Below, piece by piece: positions 19,229 to 28,405 of a stretch of DNA of 64,000 bases. The notes under the pieces are model-generated. The model did not search any database. It was not told the DNA's origin and was given only the letters and a program-made list of their open reading frames with translations. The DNA is taken from positions 1 through 64,000 of the forward strand of contig JBJEGD010000042.1 of NCBI GenBank assembly GCA_051874735.1, in the 5' to 3' direction. The translations under genes were made by a program, and so were the position numbers. The stretch comes from Candidatus Bruticola sp. (GTDB taxonomy: Bacteria; Vulcanimicrobiota; Xenobia; Xenobiales; Xenobiaceae). Positions within the stretch are counted from its first letter, which is position 1, and every line of letters starts with the position of its first letter.

Positions 19229-20200
19229 TTGCGCCAAGATCCTGGTAGTTATGACGAAATAATGCGGCTCACTTCATCTAGAAACGGTGAAGGAGCCTCA
19301 GCTTATGACTTTCGCAAAACAGAGAAGTTCACCGTAGATCAGAGGAAATTTTTAGAACGCGTTTTCGTGTCTTTTTCTGAAAGCGTAATTACTAGTTTGG
19401 CTCCGCTGATTCAGTCTCGCTTCCGTCTGGAACTTATGAAAATAACTTCGAGAAGTTATACTTCTTATATAAATTCTCTTTCGGGAACCACTCCTATGCT
19501 GGTTTTCCGTTTGGAGCAAGATGTTCAGGGATTTATCGACATAGATTTTGACTTAGCTTTTGCCCTTTTCGAACGGCTTATGGGCGGCAAAGGTATGCCT
19601 ATAGGCGACGAGTTGCGCGATTATTTCACCGATCTAGAGAAAGCGATTTTACAGAAACCTTTAGTCCGTATGCTCGACGCCTACACTCAGGCCTGGAAAA
19701 CTTTGAAACCAGTTAAGCCTCAGTTTGTGTCTTTCGAGTTTAATCCTATGGCTGTCCATATTGCCATTCCTTCTGAGCTCATGGTTATAATACCGTTCCA
19801 GGCAGAAATTGCCGCAGCCAGTGGCGCTATCAATGTAGTTTTGCCCTTCCGCTATTTGCGCGATTGTCTACCTAAAGGTTCTTACGATGAATTTAAGCTA
19901 ACCCAAGGTGTAAAAGCCGGTGCCCCTCAGCAGGCTATGACTCCTTTCTTGGTAGACGGCGTACAGAACGCTAAGGTTCCCATAACAGTCAGCTTAGGAC
20001 GCGCAGAACTGCTTTTCCAAGAATTGCTCAGTTTAGAAAGAGGCGATACTATACGTCTCGACACAGAAATTTCTCAACCTTTAAGAGTTAAAGTTAATAA
20101 TAAAACTAAGTTTTTGGGTCATCCTGGCACCAAAGATTCCAAACTGGCTTGTAAGATAAGCCGAGTATTACAAGATGGAGATGAAGAGTTCGATGAGTGA
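19229..20200 (+). CDS. fliM: C-ring protein FliM (CheY-binding N-terminus degenerate)
   Basis: YDFRKTEKF, ERLMGGKG, FTDLEKAI, FEFNP, C-terminal SPOA domain LLSLERGDTIRL; TTG start after GGAGG. Confidence 0.94.
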   Translation: MRQDPGSYDEIMRLTSSRNGEGASAYDFRKTEKFTVDQRKFLERVFVSFSESVITSLAPLIQSRFRLELMKITSRSYTSYINSLSGTTPMLVFRLEQDVQGFIDIDFDLAFALFERLMGGKGMPIGDELRDYFTDLEKAILQKPLVRMLDAYTQAWKTLKPVKPQFVSFEFNPMAVHIAIPSELMVIIPFQAEIAAASGAINVVLPFRYLRDCLPKGSYDEFKLTQGVKAGAPQQAMTPFLVDGVQNAKVPITVSLGRAELLFQELLSLERGDTIRLDTEISQPLRVKVNNKTKFLGHPGTKDSKLACKISRVLQDGDEEFDE

Positions 20201-20498
20201 TCAGCAAGGTCCGCGTTCTGTACAATTCGGCGTCTTAGACGGTTCTAGTCCTGCAGGAGGCACAGCTTCCAGCATAGATCTACTGCGTGATGTTCCTTTA
20301 GAAGTAAAAGCCGAACTAGGCAAAGCTAAGCGTTTAGTGCGCGAAGTTTTGCGCCTTAATGTAGGTACGGTCATTGACCTAGACAAAGAAGCTGGTGCCC
20401 CAGTCGATTTAATTATCAACAACCGCCCTATTGCCAGAGGAGAAGTCGTTGAAATCGATGGACGCTACGGCATCCGCATTACTGAAATAGTTCGCTGA
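20193..20498 (+). CDS. fliN: C-ring protein FliN (copy 1)
   Basis: SPOA domain DVPLEVKAELG...LNVGTVIDLDKEAGAPVDLIINNRPIARGEVVEIDGRYGIRITEI; ATG at 20193 overlaps the fliM end (alternative start 20175). Confidence 0.93.
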   Translation: MSDQQGPRSVQFGVLDGSSPAGGTASSIDLLRDVPLEVKAELGKAKRLVREVLRLNVGTVIDLDKEAGAPVDLIINNRPIARGEVVEIDGRYGIRITEIVR

Positions 20499-20541
20499 TC
20501 TAGGCCGTTGCGGCAAACTTAAATATATTGGAGGCAAACTA

Positions 20542-20847
20542 TTGGACAGCTTATCGGCTAGTGTAAGACGTTCTCAAAGAGCAAGTGTTTCTGCCAACAT
20601 GGCAGAAAATGCAGAAGATCTAAACATACTCTACGATGTACCTTTTGTTGTTGAAGCCGAGATGGGCAGTACTACCAGAAGCATTCGCGATGTCCTTAAG
20701 CTCGGCCAAGGAGCCCTTCTGGAGCTCGATAAAGATGAAAGGGCCCCTATCGATCTAAAAATAAATGGTCATTTAATAGCCAGAGGTGAAGTCGTAGAAC
20801 TGGATGGCTGTTACGCCGTGCGCATATCAGAACTTGTTTCCCAGTAA
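20542..20847 (+). CDS. fliN: C-ring protein FliN (copy 2)
   Basis: SPOA domain DVPFVVEAEMG...LKLGQGALLELDK...INGHLIARGEVVELDGCYAVRISEL. Confidence 0.9.
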   Translation: MDSLSASVRRSQRASVSANMAENAEDLNILYDVPFVVEAEMGSTTRSIRDVLKLGQGALLELDKDERAPIDLKINGHLIARGEVVELDGCYAVRISELVSQ

Positions 20848-21926
20848 TGTCAGACTTCGAATCGCTTCTTAAGCAAACTAACAAAGGCAAACGTCATTCT
20901 CTCCTTTCGGTGGGTGCCGTTTGCTTTTTGGCGTTTGTGTTTATTATTGGCTTGGGTATTTTTGATGCCAACAAATTGGATACTCTAAGCCGACCTCAAA
21001 CTTCTCAAACTCGAACGGGAAAAGATCTGCTCCATGAAGTTATGGAACAGGAAAAATCGACTCTTGAACAACAGCTGCAACAAGAGAATCAGAGCAAAAC
21101 GGCTCTTACTATCAAGCCGCCTAACTCTGAACTAGCCGAACGCCAAACTGTCCAGGGAGATACCCAAACTAATACAAAAACTAAAGAGACTATACCGCAA
21201 ATTTCTTCTATTTCCTCAAACTCAAAGCCATCCCAATATCAAGACAGCACGCATAATCTTAAGTCTTCGACCGGAGTTAAAGCCGTTTCCCCCCCAAATA
21301 GGACGCCTTCTTTATCGGATCAGAAGCCTCTCTCTTCGATCCAAGCAACCGCTGCAGAGACAAACAAGAGCCAAGATAGCTCTGACAATCCTTATTTTTC
21401 TATTCTTAATGAGCCGTGGCCCCCTTCATCAGCTCCAGGAGCGACAAAAGTTGAGTCAACCTTTTTGCCTCGCTTAGCCTCCATGTTCTTTATGCTGTGT
21501 ATTACCTGCGTTGTTATTTGGTTATCAATAAAGGTTTGTCTTCCAATCTTTAACAAATTTGCTAACAAAGCTACCTCAACTACTCATAATCGTATCAACA
21601 TAATTGAAAGGAAGGCTCTAGCTCCTAACAAGTTAATTGTATTGATCGAAACACACGGCCGCCATCTTCTACTTGGCGTCACAGAGCAGTCCATTTCCTC
21701 TTTGGCTAGTTTTGATATTGAGACTGATCAGATACAAGTTCAAAGTGAAGCTTCCACGGAAGCAGCCAACAGTTCTTCCCCCAGTAATATCGATAAACTT
21801 GGCCAACCTGCGGATATGCCCCAAGATTCTTCCAACTCAGCGGACATAAATCAAGGGAAAAAACCAAATTTAGTAAAAGAAGTAATCGACAGGCACCTTT
21901 CTTCTCTGCCTCTGATCAAAAACTAA
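20847..21926 (+). CDS. fliO: FliO (FliZ in Bacillus) export chaperone with large Ser/Thr/Gln-rich N-terminal extension
   Basis: TM LASMFFMLCITCVVIWL then RINIIERKALAPNKLIVLIETHGRHLLLGVTEQSISSL (FliO motif); position before fliP. Confidence 0.85.
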   Translation: MSDFESLLKQTNKGKRHSLLSVGAVCFLAFVFIIGLGIFDANKLDTLSRPQTSQTRTGKDLLHEVMEQEKSTLEQQLQQENQSKTALTIKPPNSELAERQTVQGDTQTNTKTKETIPQISSISSNSKPSQYQDSTHNLKSSTGVKAVSPPNRTPSLSDQKPLSSIQATAAETNKSQDSSDNPYFSILNEPWPPSSAPGATKVESTFLPRLASMFFMLCITCVVIWLSIKVCLPIFNKFANKATSTTHNRINIIERKALAPNKLIVLIETHGRHLLLGVTEQSISSLASFDIETDQIQVQSEASTEAANSSSPSNIDKLGQPADMPQDSSNSADINQGKKPNLVKEVIDRHLSSLPLIKN

Positions 21927-22032
21927 AAAAGTACCGTTTTTTGTTGTTACTGTTATCCATGTTCGAATGAAAGCGGCCCGTTCTAGTAGAATTATCTAAC
22001 TAAATTATCTTGAGTATAAAGCGAGAGATAGC

Positions 22033-22833
22033 ATGAATTTTCGCCTAAGACACATATTAACAATCTGTCTGCCTATTTTGGCTGTCGCTGTACTCTTTTG
22101 GCTTTTTACCGATGCAGCCAATGCTCAGAATCCATTTCCTCAGCTAAATATGCCGAATATCAGCATTAATGGAGCTAAGGCCAACGAAAAACAAACTTTT
22201 TCCACCACTCTGCTGCTGCTGGGAGGATTGAGTCTGCTGTCACTAGCTCCCTATATTTTAGCTATGTGTACAGCTTTTATACGCATAGTTATGACTCTGA
22301 GCTTCCTAAGATCGGCTATGGGAACCCAGCAAGTTCCTCCAACTCAGGTTTTGATGGGTTTAGCCCTGTTTCTTACCATGTTTGTTATGGCTCCCGTAGG
22401 CGAATCGATTAATAAAGATGCCTTACAGCCTTATCTGGCGGGAAAGATTTCTCAAAGCGCCTTCTTTGCTAAAGCTTACAAGCCCATCCAGTCTTTTATG
22501 CTCTATCAAACCAGAGAGAAAGACATTCAACTTTTCTTTGATATCGGTCGCGTCAAAAATATTACTAAACGCGAGGATATACCTTTCTATATTCTGCTGC
22601 CTTCGTTCGTGCTGTCAGAAATTAAAACTTCATTTCAAATAGGCTTCCTGCTTTACGTACCTTTCCTAGTCATCGATATGGTAGTAGCCTCAGTACTCAT
22701 GTCGATGGGTATGTTTATGCTCTCGCCAATGTCCATTTCTCTACCTTTTAAGCTGCTGCTTTTCGTATTGATAGATGGTTGGCATTTAATTATTAAAGGT
22801 GTAGTGGAGAGTTTCAATTATCCACGCTCTTAG
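22033..22833 (+). CDS. fliP: Export gate protein FliP
   Basis: MCTAFIRIV, LRSAMGTQQVPPTQVLMGLALFLTMFVMAPV, SEIKTSFQIGFLLYVPFLVIDMVVASVLMSMGM, SLPFKLLLFVLIDGW. Confidence 0.98.
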   Translation: MNFRLRHILTICLPILAVAVLFWLFTDAANAQNPFPQLNMPNISINGAKANEKQTFSTTLLLLGGLSLLSLAPYILAMCTAFIRIVMTLSFLRSAMGTQQVPPTQVLMGLALFLTMFVMAPVGESINKDALQPYLAGKISQSAFFAKAYKPIQSFMLYQTREKDIQLFFDIGRVKNITKREDIPFYILLPSFVLSEIKTSFQIGFLLYVPFLVIDMVVASVLMSMGMFMLSPMSISLPFKLLLFVLIDGWHLIIKGVVESFNYPRS

Positions 22834-22882
22834 CCTAGACAATAAGTTATAGTGTAGTAATAAAAGGATTATAGGAGGAAAG

Positions 22883-23179
22883 ATGTTCGTACTGGGGGCA
22901 GAAGTTTTCGACGACGGCTTCGTGCTAGCTCTCTGCACAAAGGCTCTTTATCTGGTGCTGGTTCTCTCAGCCCCAATGCTAATGTCCGCCCTGTCTGTAG
23001 GTCTTATGGTCAGTATCGTCCAGGCGACCACTCAGGTTCAGGAGCAGACGCTCTCGTTTGTACCCAAAATTATAGCTACTTTTATGGCTATAGTTTTGTG
23101 CGGAAACTGGATGTTCAATATGCTTTCCAGTTTTACTATATCCACTTTTGCCGATATCGCCCGCTTGGGGCCCAAATAA
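22883..23179 (+). CDS. fliQ: Export gate protein FliQ
   Basis: VGLMVSIVQATTQVQEQTLSFVPKI. Confidence 0.97.
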   Translation: MFVLGAEVFDDGFVLALCTKALYLVLVLSAPMLMSALSVGLMVSIVQATTQVQEQTLSFVPKIIATFMAIVLCGNWMFNMLSSFTISTFADIARLGPK

Positions 23180-23185
23180 AGTAGC

Positions 23186-23971
23186 ATGACTGGAATGATG
23201 AGCGATCCGGCCCTGCAGCTGCTGGGTGTAGGAATGCTTGCCTTCGTAAGAATGGCTCTTATATTTGTGCAGGCGCCGATTTTTGGAAGTAACCACATTC
23301 CCAATACCGTACTGGTGGGGACTGCGGCAGCTTTCACGATGGTGTTGTATCCTACTCTGCCCGTTCCTAACGATATGCCTACCGATCTGTTCCCTTTTTT
23401 GGGAGCTTTGCTCACTCAAGCATGCGTCGGGTTAGTAATAGGTTTCGTCTCGTTTATCGTCATCGCTGCAGCTCAGTTCGGCGGTGAAATGCTCGATATT
23501 CAAATGGGCCTATCTTCGGCAGCTTCCTTCGATCCTGCCAGCCATGGTGCTATCAACCTGCTGCGCAAAGTGCTATTTTACACATCTATGAATCTATACT
23601 TGGTTCTTGGTGGTCACCATCAACTTTTGGCCGCCGTCTACAAGAGCTATCAAGTAGTACCTCTGACCTATTTTCATATGTCAGAAAATTTAGCTATGAC
23701 TCTTCTGCGTATGAGCAGCGATCTTCTAGTTATAGGTACGCAGATTGCTGCGCCAGCCTTAGCAGCTTTATTCATAGCCCAGTGCGCTTTGGGTTTATTG
23801 GCCCGCGTGGCTCCTCAAATGAACATTTTCATGTTGAGTTTCCCACTCAACATTGCTATCGGATTGGTACTCCTGCGCCTCTCTTATCCTCTGGTAATGA
23901 GAGTGCTGGGCAATCAATTTGAAATAAACCTCGATATTTTGCTACAATGTATAGGAATGATGAAGCCATAA
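23186..23971 (+). CDS. fliR: Export gate protein FliR
   Basis: APIFG, AAQFGGEMLDIQMGLSSAASFDP, GGHH, IAAP, LLARVAPQMNIFMLSFPLNI. Confidence 0.97.
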   Translation: MTGMMSDPALQLLGVGMLAFVRMALIFVQAPIFGSNHIPNTVLVGTAAAFTMVLYPTLPVPNDMPTDLFPFLGALLTQACVGLVIGFVSFIVIAAAQFGGEMLDIQMGLSSAASFDPASHGAINLLRKVLFYTSMNLYLVLGGHHQLLAAVYKSYQVVPLTYFHMSENLAMTLLRMSSDLLVIGTQIAAPALAALFIAQCALGLLARVAPQMNIFMLSFPLNIAIGLVLLRLSYPLVMRVLGNQFEINLDILLQCIGMMKP

Positions 23972-23985
23972 GGAGGTGAAATTAG

Positions 23986-25188
23986 ATGGGTGGTCAGGAT
24001 AGCGACAAAACTGAAGAACCAACTGAACATAAGTTACAAGAAGCCCGCAAAAAAGGCCAGGTAATGAAAAGTCAGGAGGTGATATCCACCTGCCTGCTTT
24101 TGGCTACGGCCGGTGCCATGTACGGAGCCGGCGGCGGTATGTTGTCGAGAATACGTGAACTAACCATCTATGTATGGAGCTTAATACCGACCTATAATAT
24201 GAATGCTCGCAGTCTTAACGGGGATATTTTCCACGTTATGATTACCATTTTGTTAGTGTTGGCGCCGCTTTTAGCGGCAGGCTTCATGATGGCCATTGTG
24301 GCCAATATAGCTCAAGTACAGTTCATATTCTCAACTGAAACTCTTAAACCAAGTCTAAACAAGATAAATCCTTTAGAAGGCTTTAAAAAGATATTCAGTG
24401 TCAAATCAGCAGTTGAGCTACTTAAGCAGCTTGCTAAATTAGGTGTTATAGGTTACATATGCTATAAGGTTGTAGGGGAAGTTCTGCCCCAGCTGCAGAC
24501 AGCTCCAGCTATTCCTCTTATGGCTACTTTGGAACTCGTTGGTCTAACTGTTAAGAGCCTCGTTATGAAGGTTTTAGTTGGCATGGTGGTGATTGCCGGC
24601 CTCGACTACATCTTCCAGAAGAAGCAGTTTATGAAACAGATGCGCATGAGCATGCAAGACCTGAAAGACGAATACAAAGAGACTGAAGGAAACCCACAAG
24701 TAAAGGGTAAGCTCCGTCAGCTTATGCGCCAAAGCTCTCAAGGCGGTGGAGGCGGAGGTAACATGATGGCTGAAGTTCCTGATGCTTCGGCTGTAGTTAC
24801 TAACCCGACCCATTTGGCAGTAGCTCTCCGCTATAAACAAGGTGAAGATCCTGTGCCTATTGTTGTAGCTAAAGGCGAAAACATGACGGCCGTCCAGATA
24901 AAAATTATGGCTGAAGATCACGATGTGCCTATTGTCGAAAACGTCGAACTAGCTAGAGCCTTGTTTAAGACCTGTGAACTTTCCGGTCCGGTACCTACCG
25001 AAATGTACAAAGCTGTCGCTGAAGTGCTGGCTTATGTTATTAAACTTAAAAGAAAGCGCGAATTGCTGCGCAGGCGCCGTTTGGCCCGTAATGGCCCTCC
25101 ACGTCGGACAGCTCGTGCCGCTGTAGCCTCACCTTCTATGCCGAAAACTCAATTTACGGCTAGGAGCATGGCTTCAGGAAGACGTTAA
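23986..25188 (+). CDS. flhB: Export switch protein FlhB
   Basis: KTEEPTEHKLQEARKKGQV, KINPLEG, KDEYKETEGNP, intact NPTH autocleavage site, PIVVAKG; Arg-rich C-terminal tail. Confidence 0.97.
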   Translation: MGGQDSDKTEEPTEHKLQEARKKGQVMKSQEVISTCLLLATAGAMYGAGGGMLSRIRELTIYVWSLIPTYNMNARSLNGDIFHVMITILLVLAPLLAAGFMMAIVANIAQVQFIFSTETLKPSLNKINPLEGFKKIFSVKSAVELLKQLAKLGVIGYICYKVVGEVLPQLQTAPAIPLMATLELVGLTVKSLVMKVLVGMVVIAGLDYIFQKKQFMKQMRMSMQDLKDEYKETEGNPQVKGKLRQLMRQSSQGGGGGGNMMAEVPDASAVVTNPTHLAVALRYKQGEDPVPIVVAKGENMTAVQIKIMAEDHDVPIVENVELARALFKTCELSGPVPTEMYKAVAEVLAYVIKLKRKRELLRRRRLARNGPPRRTARAAVASPSMPKTQFTARSMASGRR

Positions 25189-25194
25189 TCAACA

Positions 25195-25220
25195 TTGACT
25201 GCTTTTCAGTCAGCTTTTTT
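25195..25220 (+). terminator. Weak intrinsic terminator candidate between flhB and flhA
   Basis: TGACTG-CTTTT-CAGTCA then GCTTTTTT. Confidence 0.4.
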
Positions 25221-25335
25221 CCAAGACTCGCACTTTTACCAAACGCGCAGTTCTTCCAGCAGCGCCAGGTTAATGTGTGAGTCTGTTGGTATTTAAATTA
25301 TATTTAATTTTAATATACTGGAGAAGTCGAATAAT

Positions 25336-27471
25336 ATGGGTGCCCAGCCCGGTGCAGAAGTATTAGACAAACTTATGAAATGCTCCGATATCGGCAGTGC
25401 TGTTGCTATTGTCGGTATTGTAGGCATGTTGATTGTTCCTCTCCCGCCAGACATGCTCGATGTGCTTCTGGCCTTCAATTTGGCCTGCGCCATCATTACA
25501 GTACTCATTTCAATTTACATTGAAGAGCCTCTGCAATTTGCTGTATTCCCTACAGTCTTGCTAGTAGCAACTTTGTTCCGTCTGGCTCTGGACGTCTCAG
25601 CTACGCGTATGATTCTGCTCCACGGCAATGAAATTGACGTAGTAACCAAGATGCCCACCGGTGCCGGCCACCTAATTCCTACATTCGGAAAGGTGGCTGT
25701 AGGAGGCAACTTAATCGTAGGCTTCATTATGTTTATCATTCTGATTATCATTCAGATTATGGTAATCACCAATGGTGCCGAACGTATAGCTCAGGTAGCG
25801 GCCCGTTTTAACTTAGACGCTATGCCTGGTAAGCAAATGGCTATCGACGCCGACCTCCATGCCGGCAATATCGATGCCGAAACAGCTAGAAAAAAACGCA
25901 AAGACATTGAGCGCGAATCTGACTTCTATGGTTCTATGGACGGTGCCGGCAAATTCGTAAAAGGTGACGCTATGGCTTCTATCGTCATTATGTTGGTCAA
26001 CGTCATCGGCGGTATCGGCATAGGCGTACTATACCACGGTATGGACATCGCTCACGCTCTTAACACCTACGCCATTTTATCTATAGGCAACGGACTTATG
26101 ACAACTTTGCCGGCCTTCTTAATGTCCACAGCTATGGGCTTGGTAGTTTCTCGTGCAGCCTCCGAATCTAACCTCGGACGCGACGTTGTCGAGCAGGTTT
26201 CCGGTCAGCCTGGCGCTTTAAAAATGGCTGGCGCCTTCATGCTCACCTTGGCCCTACTCTCCCTTTTAGCTGGTCTTCCTAAATTTATGGCCTTTACTTT
26301 GGCCTGCATCGGCGGCGCTCTCTTCTTCATGGGACATCAATTGGAAAAGAAAAACCAAGAAGTGGCTGCTGCAGTTACCGGAGGCACCACTACGGCCCAG
26401 GAGCAAAAGAAAAAGACGGAACAGAAAAAACCGGAGAGTGTCGTCCAGCTCATGCAGGTCGATCCCATCTCTTTGGAAGTTGGCCGCGGCTTGCTCTCTT
26501 TAGTAGACCCCAATCAAGGGGCCAAACTGCTCGATCGTGTAACCTCAATTCGCCGTCACATTGCTTTAGAGCTGGGTATTGTAGTACCAGGCGTGCGCTT
26601 CCGTGACAATTTGCAACTTAAGCCGAACGCTTATGTTATCAAGATAAAAGAAATAGAAGTCGCTCAGGGTGAAGTTCAAGTTAACCAATTCTTAGCGATA
26701 GGCCCTGAAGAGAAGCTTAAAAACTTACGCGGTACCAAAACTGTTGACCCGACTTACGGTATGCCAGGCGTATGGATTTCCCCAGAACAACGCGGCGATG
26801 CCGAACGTTTAGGATGCATGATCTTTGACCCTGTAAGCGTTATTGCAACTCAGCTGACCGAGGTTGTCAGAACTCATGCTTCTGAAATGCTGGGACGCCA
26901 GGAAGTTCAGGCTCTCATCGACACGGTCAAAAAGACCCATCCAGCAGTTGTCAAAGAAATCTTCCCCGACGCCTTGGGATTGGGCGAAATTCAGAAAGTG
27001 CTGCAGAATTTGGTCAAAGAGCGCGTGTCTGTGCGCGACTTAGTTTCTATTTTAGAAACTATGGGCGACAACGTACATATTACCAAAGATCCTGAAATGC
27101 TTACAGAATTCTGCCGTGTCAGCCTTTCTCGGGTCATTTGCAAGGACTACTGCAACAATGATGGTACGATCAACGTGATTACGCTCGATCCTAAAATTGA
27201 GCAAATGATTCAAGGCGCCATCCAGCGCAGTGAACTGGGCTCTTTCTTAACTCTCGATCCGAACTTAGGCCAGGAGATTTTGCAGGCTATATCTCAGCAA
27301 GCCAATGCTTTGCAAGAGCGAGGTCTTCAACCGATACTTTTGGTAGCTCCGCAGATTCGCCCAGCTGTACGTAAATTGACAGAGCGATCTTTCCCGAACT
27401 TGGTAGTTCTCTCTTGGAATGAGATAGCTCCTAAAATTAACGTAAACTCCGTGGGTATGGTCTCCTTCTAA
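25336..27471 (+). CDS. flhA: Export apparatus protein FlhA
   Basis: FPTVLLVATLFRLALDVSATRMIL, AQVAARFNLDAMPGKQMAIDADL, FYGSMDGAGKFVKGDA, KVLQNLVKERVSVRDL, VLSWNEI. Confidence 0.98.
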   Translation: MGAQPGAEVLDKLMKCSDIGSAVAIVGIVGMLIVPLPPDMLDVLLAFNLACAIITVLISIYIEEPLQFAVFPTVLLVATLFRLALDVSATRMILLHGNEIDVVTKMPTGAGHLIPTFGKVAVGGNLIVGFIMFIILIIIQIMVITNGAERIAQVAARFNLDAMPGKQMAIDADLHAGNIDAETARKKRKDIERESDFYGSMDGAGKFVKGDAMASIVIMLVNVIGGIGIGVLYHGMDIAHALNTYAILSIGNGLMTTLPAFLMSTAMGLVVSRAASESNLGRDVVEQVSGQPGALKMAGAFMLTLALLSLLAGLPKFMAFTLACIGGALFFMGHQLEKKNQEVAAAVTGGTTTAQEQKKKTEQKKPESVVQLMQVDPISLEVGRGLLSLVDPNQGAKLLDRVTSIRRHIALELGIVVPGVRFRDNLQLKPNAYVIKIKEIEVAQGEVQVNQFLAIGPEEKLKNLRGTKTVDPTYGMPGVWISPEQRGDAERLGCMIFDPVSVIATQLTEVVRTHASEMLGRQEVQALIDTVKKTHPAVVKEIFPDALGLGEIQKVLQNLVKERVSVRDLVSILETMGDNVHITKDPEMLTEFCRVSLSRVICKDYCNNDGTINVITLDPKIEQMIQGAIQRSELGSFLTLDPNLGQEILQAISQQANALQERGLQPILLVAPQIRPAVRKLTERSFPNLVVLSWNEIAPKINVNSVGMVSF

Positions 27472-27547
27472 ATTACAACATTTCTCAAGCAGTAAACGTT
27501 TAGCAATTTTGCCGCTCCAAAAGCGAGAACGGATGGTATAAAAGGCT

Positions 27548-27865
27548 ATGGAAATGGAACCTAGAGTAGGTTTAACTCCTGAAGAAATGATTACTAATTT
27601 TAACCGTATGTATCAAGATTCTTGGGAGCGCAGCCGCGAACAGATAGACTGGCAAGCCATTAAGAGACCTAACGCAGATCTCTCAAAATGGGTTCTGGAA
27701 GTATTAGAAATAGTGATGGCTGCTTCCAGAGATGCCATGACTTTTACCATAATGGAAAATAATAAGCGTATTGCTGAACAGATGGTGGAACAAGGGCTGC
27801 CAGTTCACATGGAAGAGGTACAAGATGACGGCTCTTCGGAATTAGATTTCGATCGCATGGCTTAA
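27548..27865 (+). CDS. Small acidic helical hypothetical protein (in the flhF position); candidate chaperone
   Basis: 105-aa ORF directly after flhA and before a strong terminator; no GTPase motifs, no TM. Confidence 0.75.
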   Translation: MEMEPRVGLTPEEMITNFNRMYQDSWERSREQIDWQAIKRPNADLSKWVLEVLEIVMAASRDAMTFTIMENNKRIAEQMVEQGLPVHMEEVQDDGSSELDFDRMA

Positions 27866-27871
27866 TTCTTG

Positions 27872-27926
27872 TACAAAAAAAATACGCCTTACCGAATGTT
27901 ATTCGGTAAGGCGTATTTTTTTTGTA
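27872..27926. terminator. Perfect inverted-repeat intrinsic terminator (works in either direction)
   Basis: TACAAAAAAAATACGCCTTACCGAAT-GTT-ATTCGGTAAGGCGTATTTTTTTTGTA (26-bp arms). Confidence 0.9.
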
Positions 27927-28062
27927 ATAAAGCGATAAATAAACAGCAAAGCTTTAGATTACAAGTTGTCAATACTCTTTTTTTACACTGCAGTCATAAA
28001 CAGGCGGAATCAGTTCTCTTGCAGAGCAAGCCCCTGAAATGCTAACAAGCGAGGTAAAAAAT

Positions 28063-28341
28063 ATGAGTATACTTTCTAATGTATTCAGCAGTTTAGGCAA
28101 CGCTTTTTTTCAAAATAGCCAGCAGGCCCATATGCTGCAAATGTACACTAACGATATACAAAATGCCCAAACTATTTATGCCTCTATTGAAGCTCAAGCT
28201 CAAAAGAGCCAAATGGAACGCTGGAAGATAGCCAACGATACCCAAACTAAAATATTTGAAATTCAGCAAGACGTCACAGTCAATCGTGCTAAAACACAAG
28301 ACAAAATGTTTAATAAATGGAGCGATTACATTCGCTCTTAA
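28063..28341 (+). CDS. 92-aa helical protein, shared-C-terminal-domain family member 1 (needle/filament subunit candidate)
   Basis: ATG at 28063 follows SD GAGGT; last 55 aa align without gaps to the C-termini of the next two ORFs. Confidence 0.85.
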   Translation: MSILSNVFSSLGNAFFQNSQQAHMLQMYTNDIQNAQTIYASIEAQAQKSQMERWKIANDTQTKIFEIQQDVTVNRAKTQDKMFNKWSDYIRS

Positions 28342-28405
28342 TTAAGCGGCTTTCTTAAATTAATTTCCTTCCAGACTTATCCTTAAAGAAAGAGGTACAT
28401 TAAGT

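Noticed and set aside
8600-27471. Canonical injectisome (Sct) call
   Set aside because: FlgB, FlgC, FliE, full-length FliF, FliG and FliM are flagellum-specific; no SctC secretin, SctD or SctJ is seen
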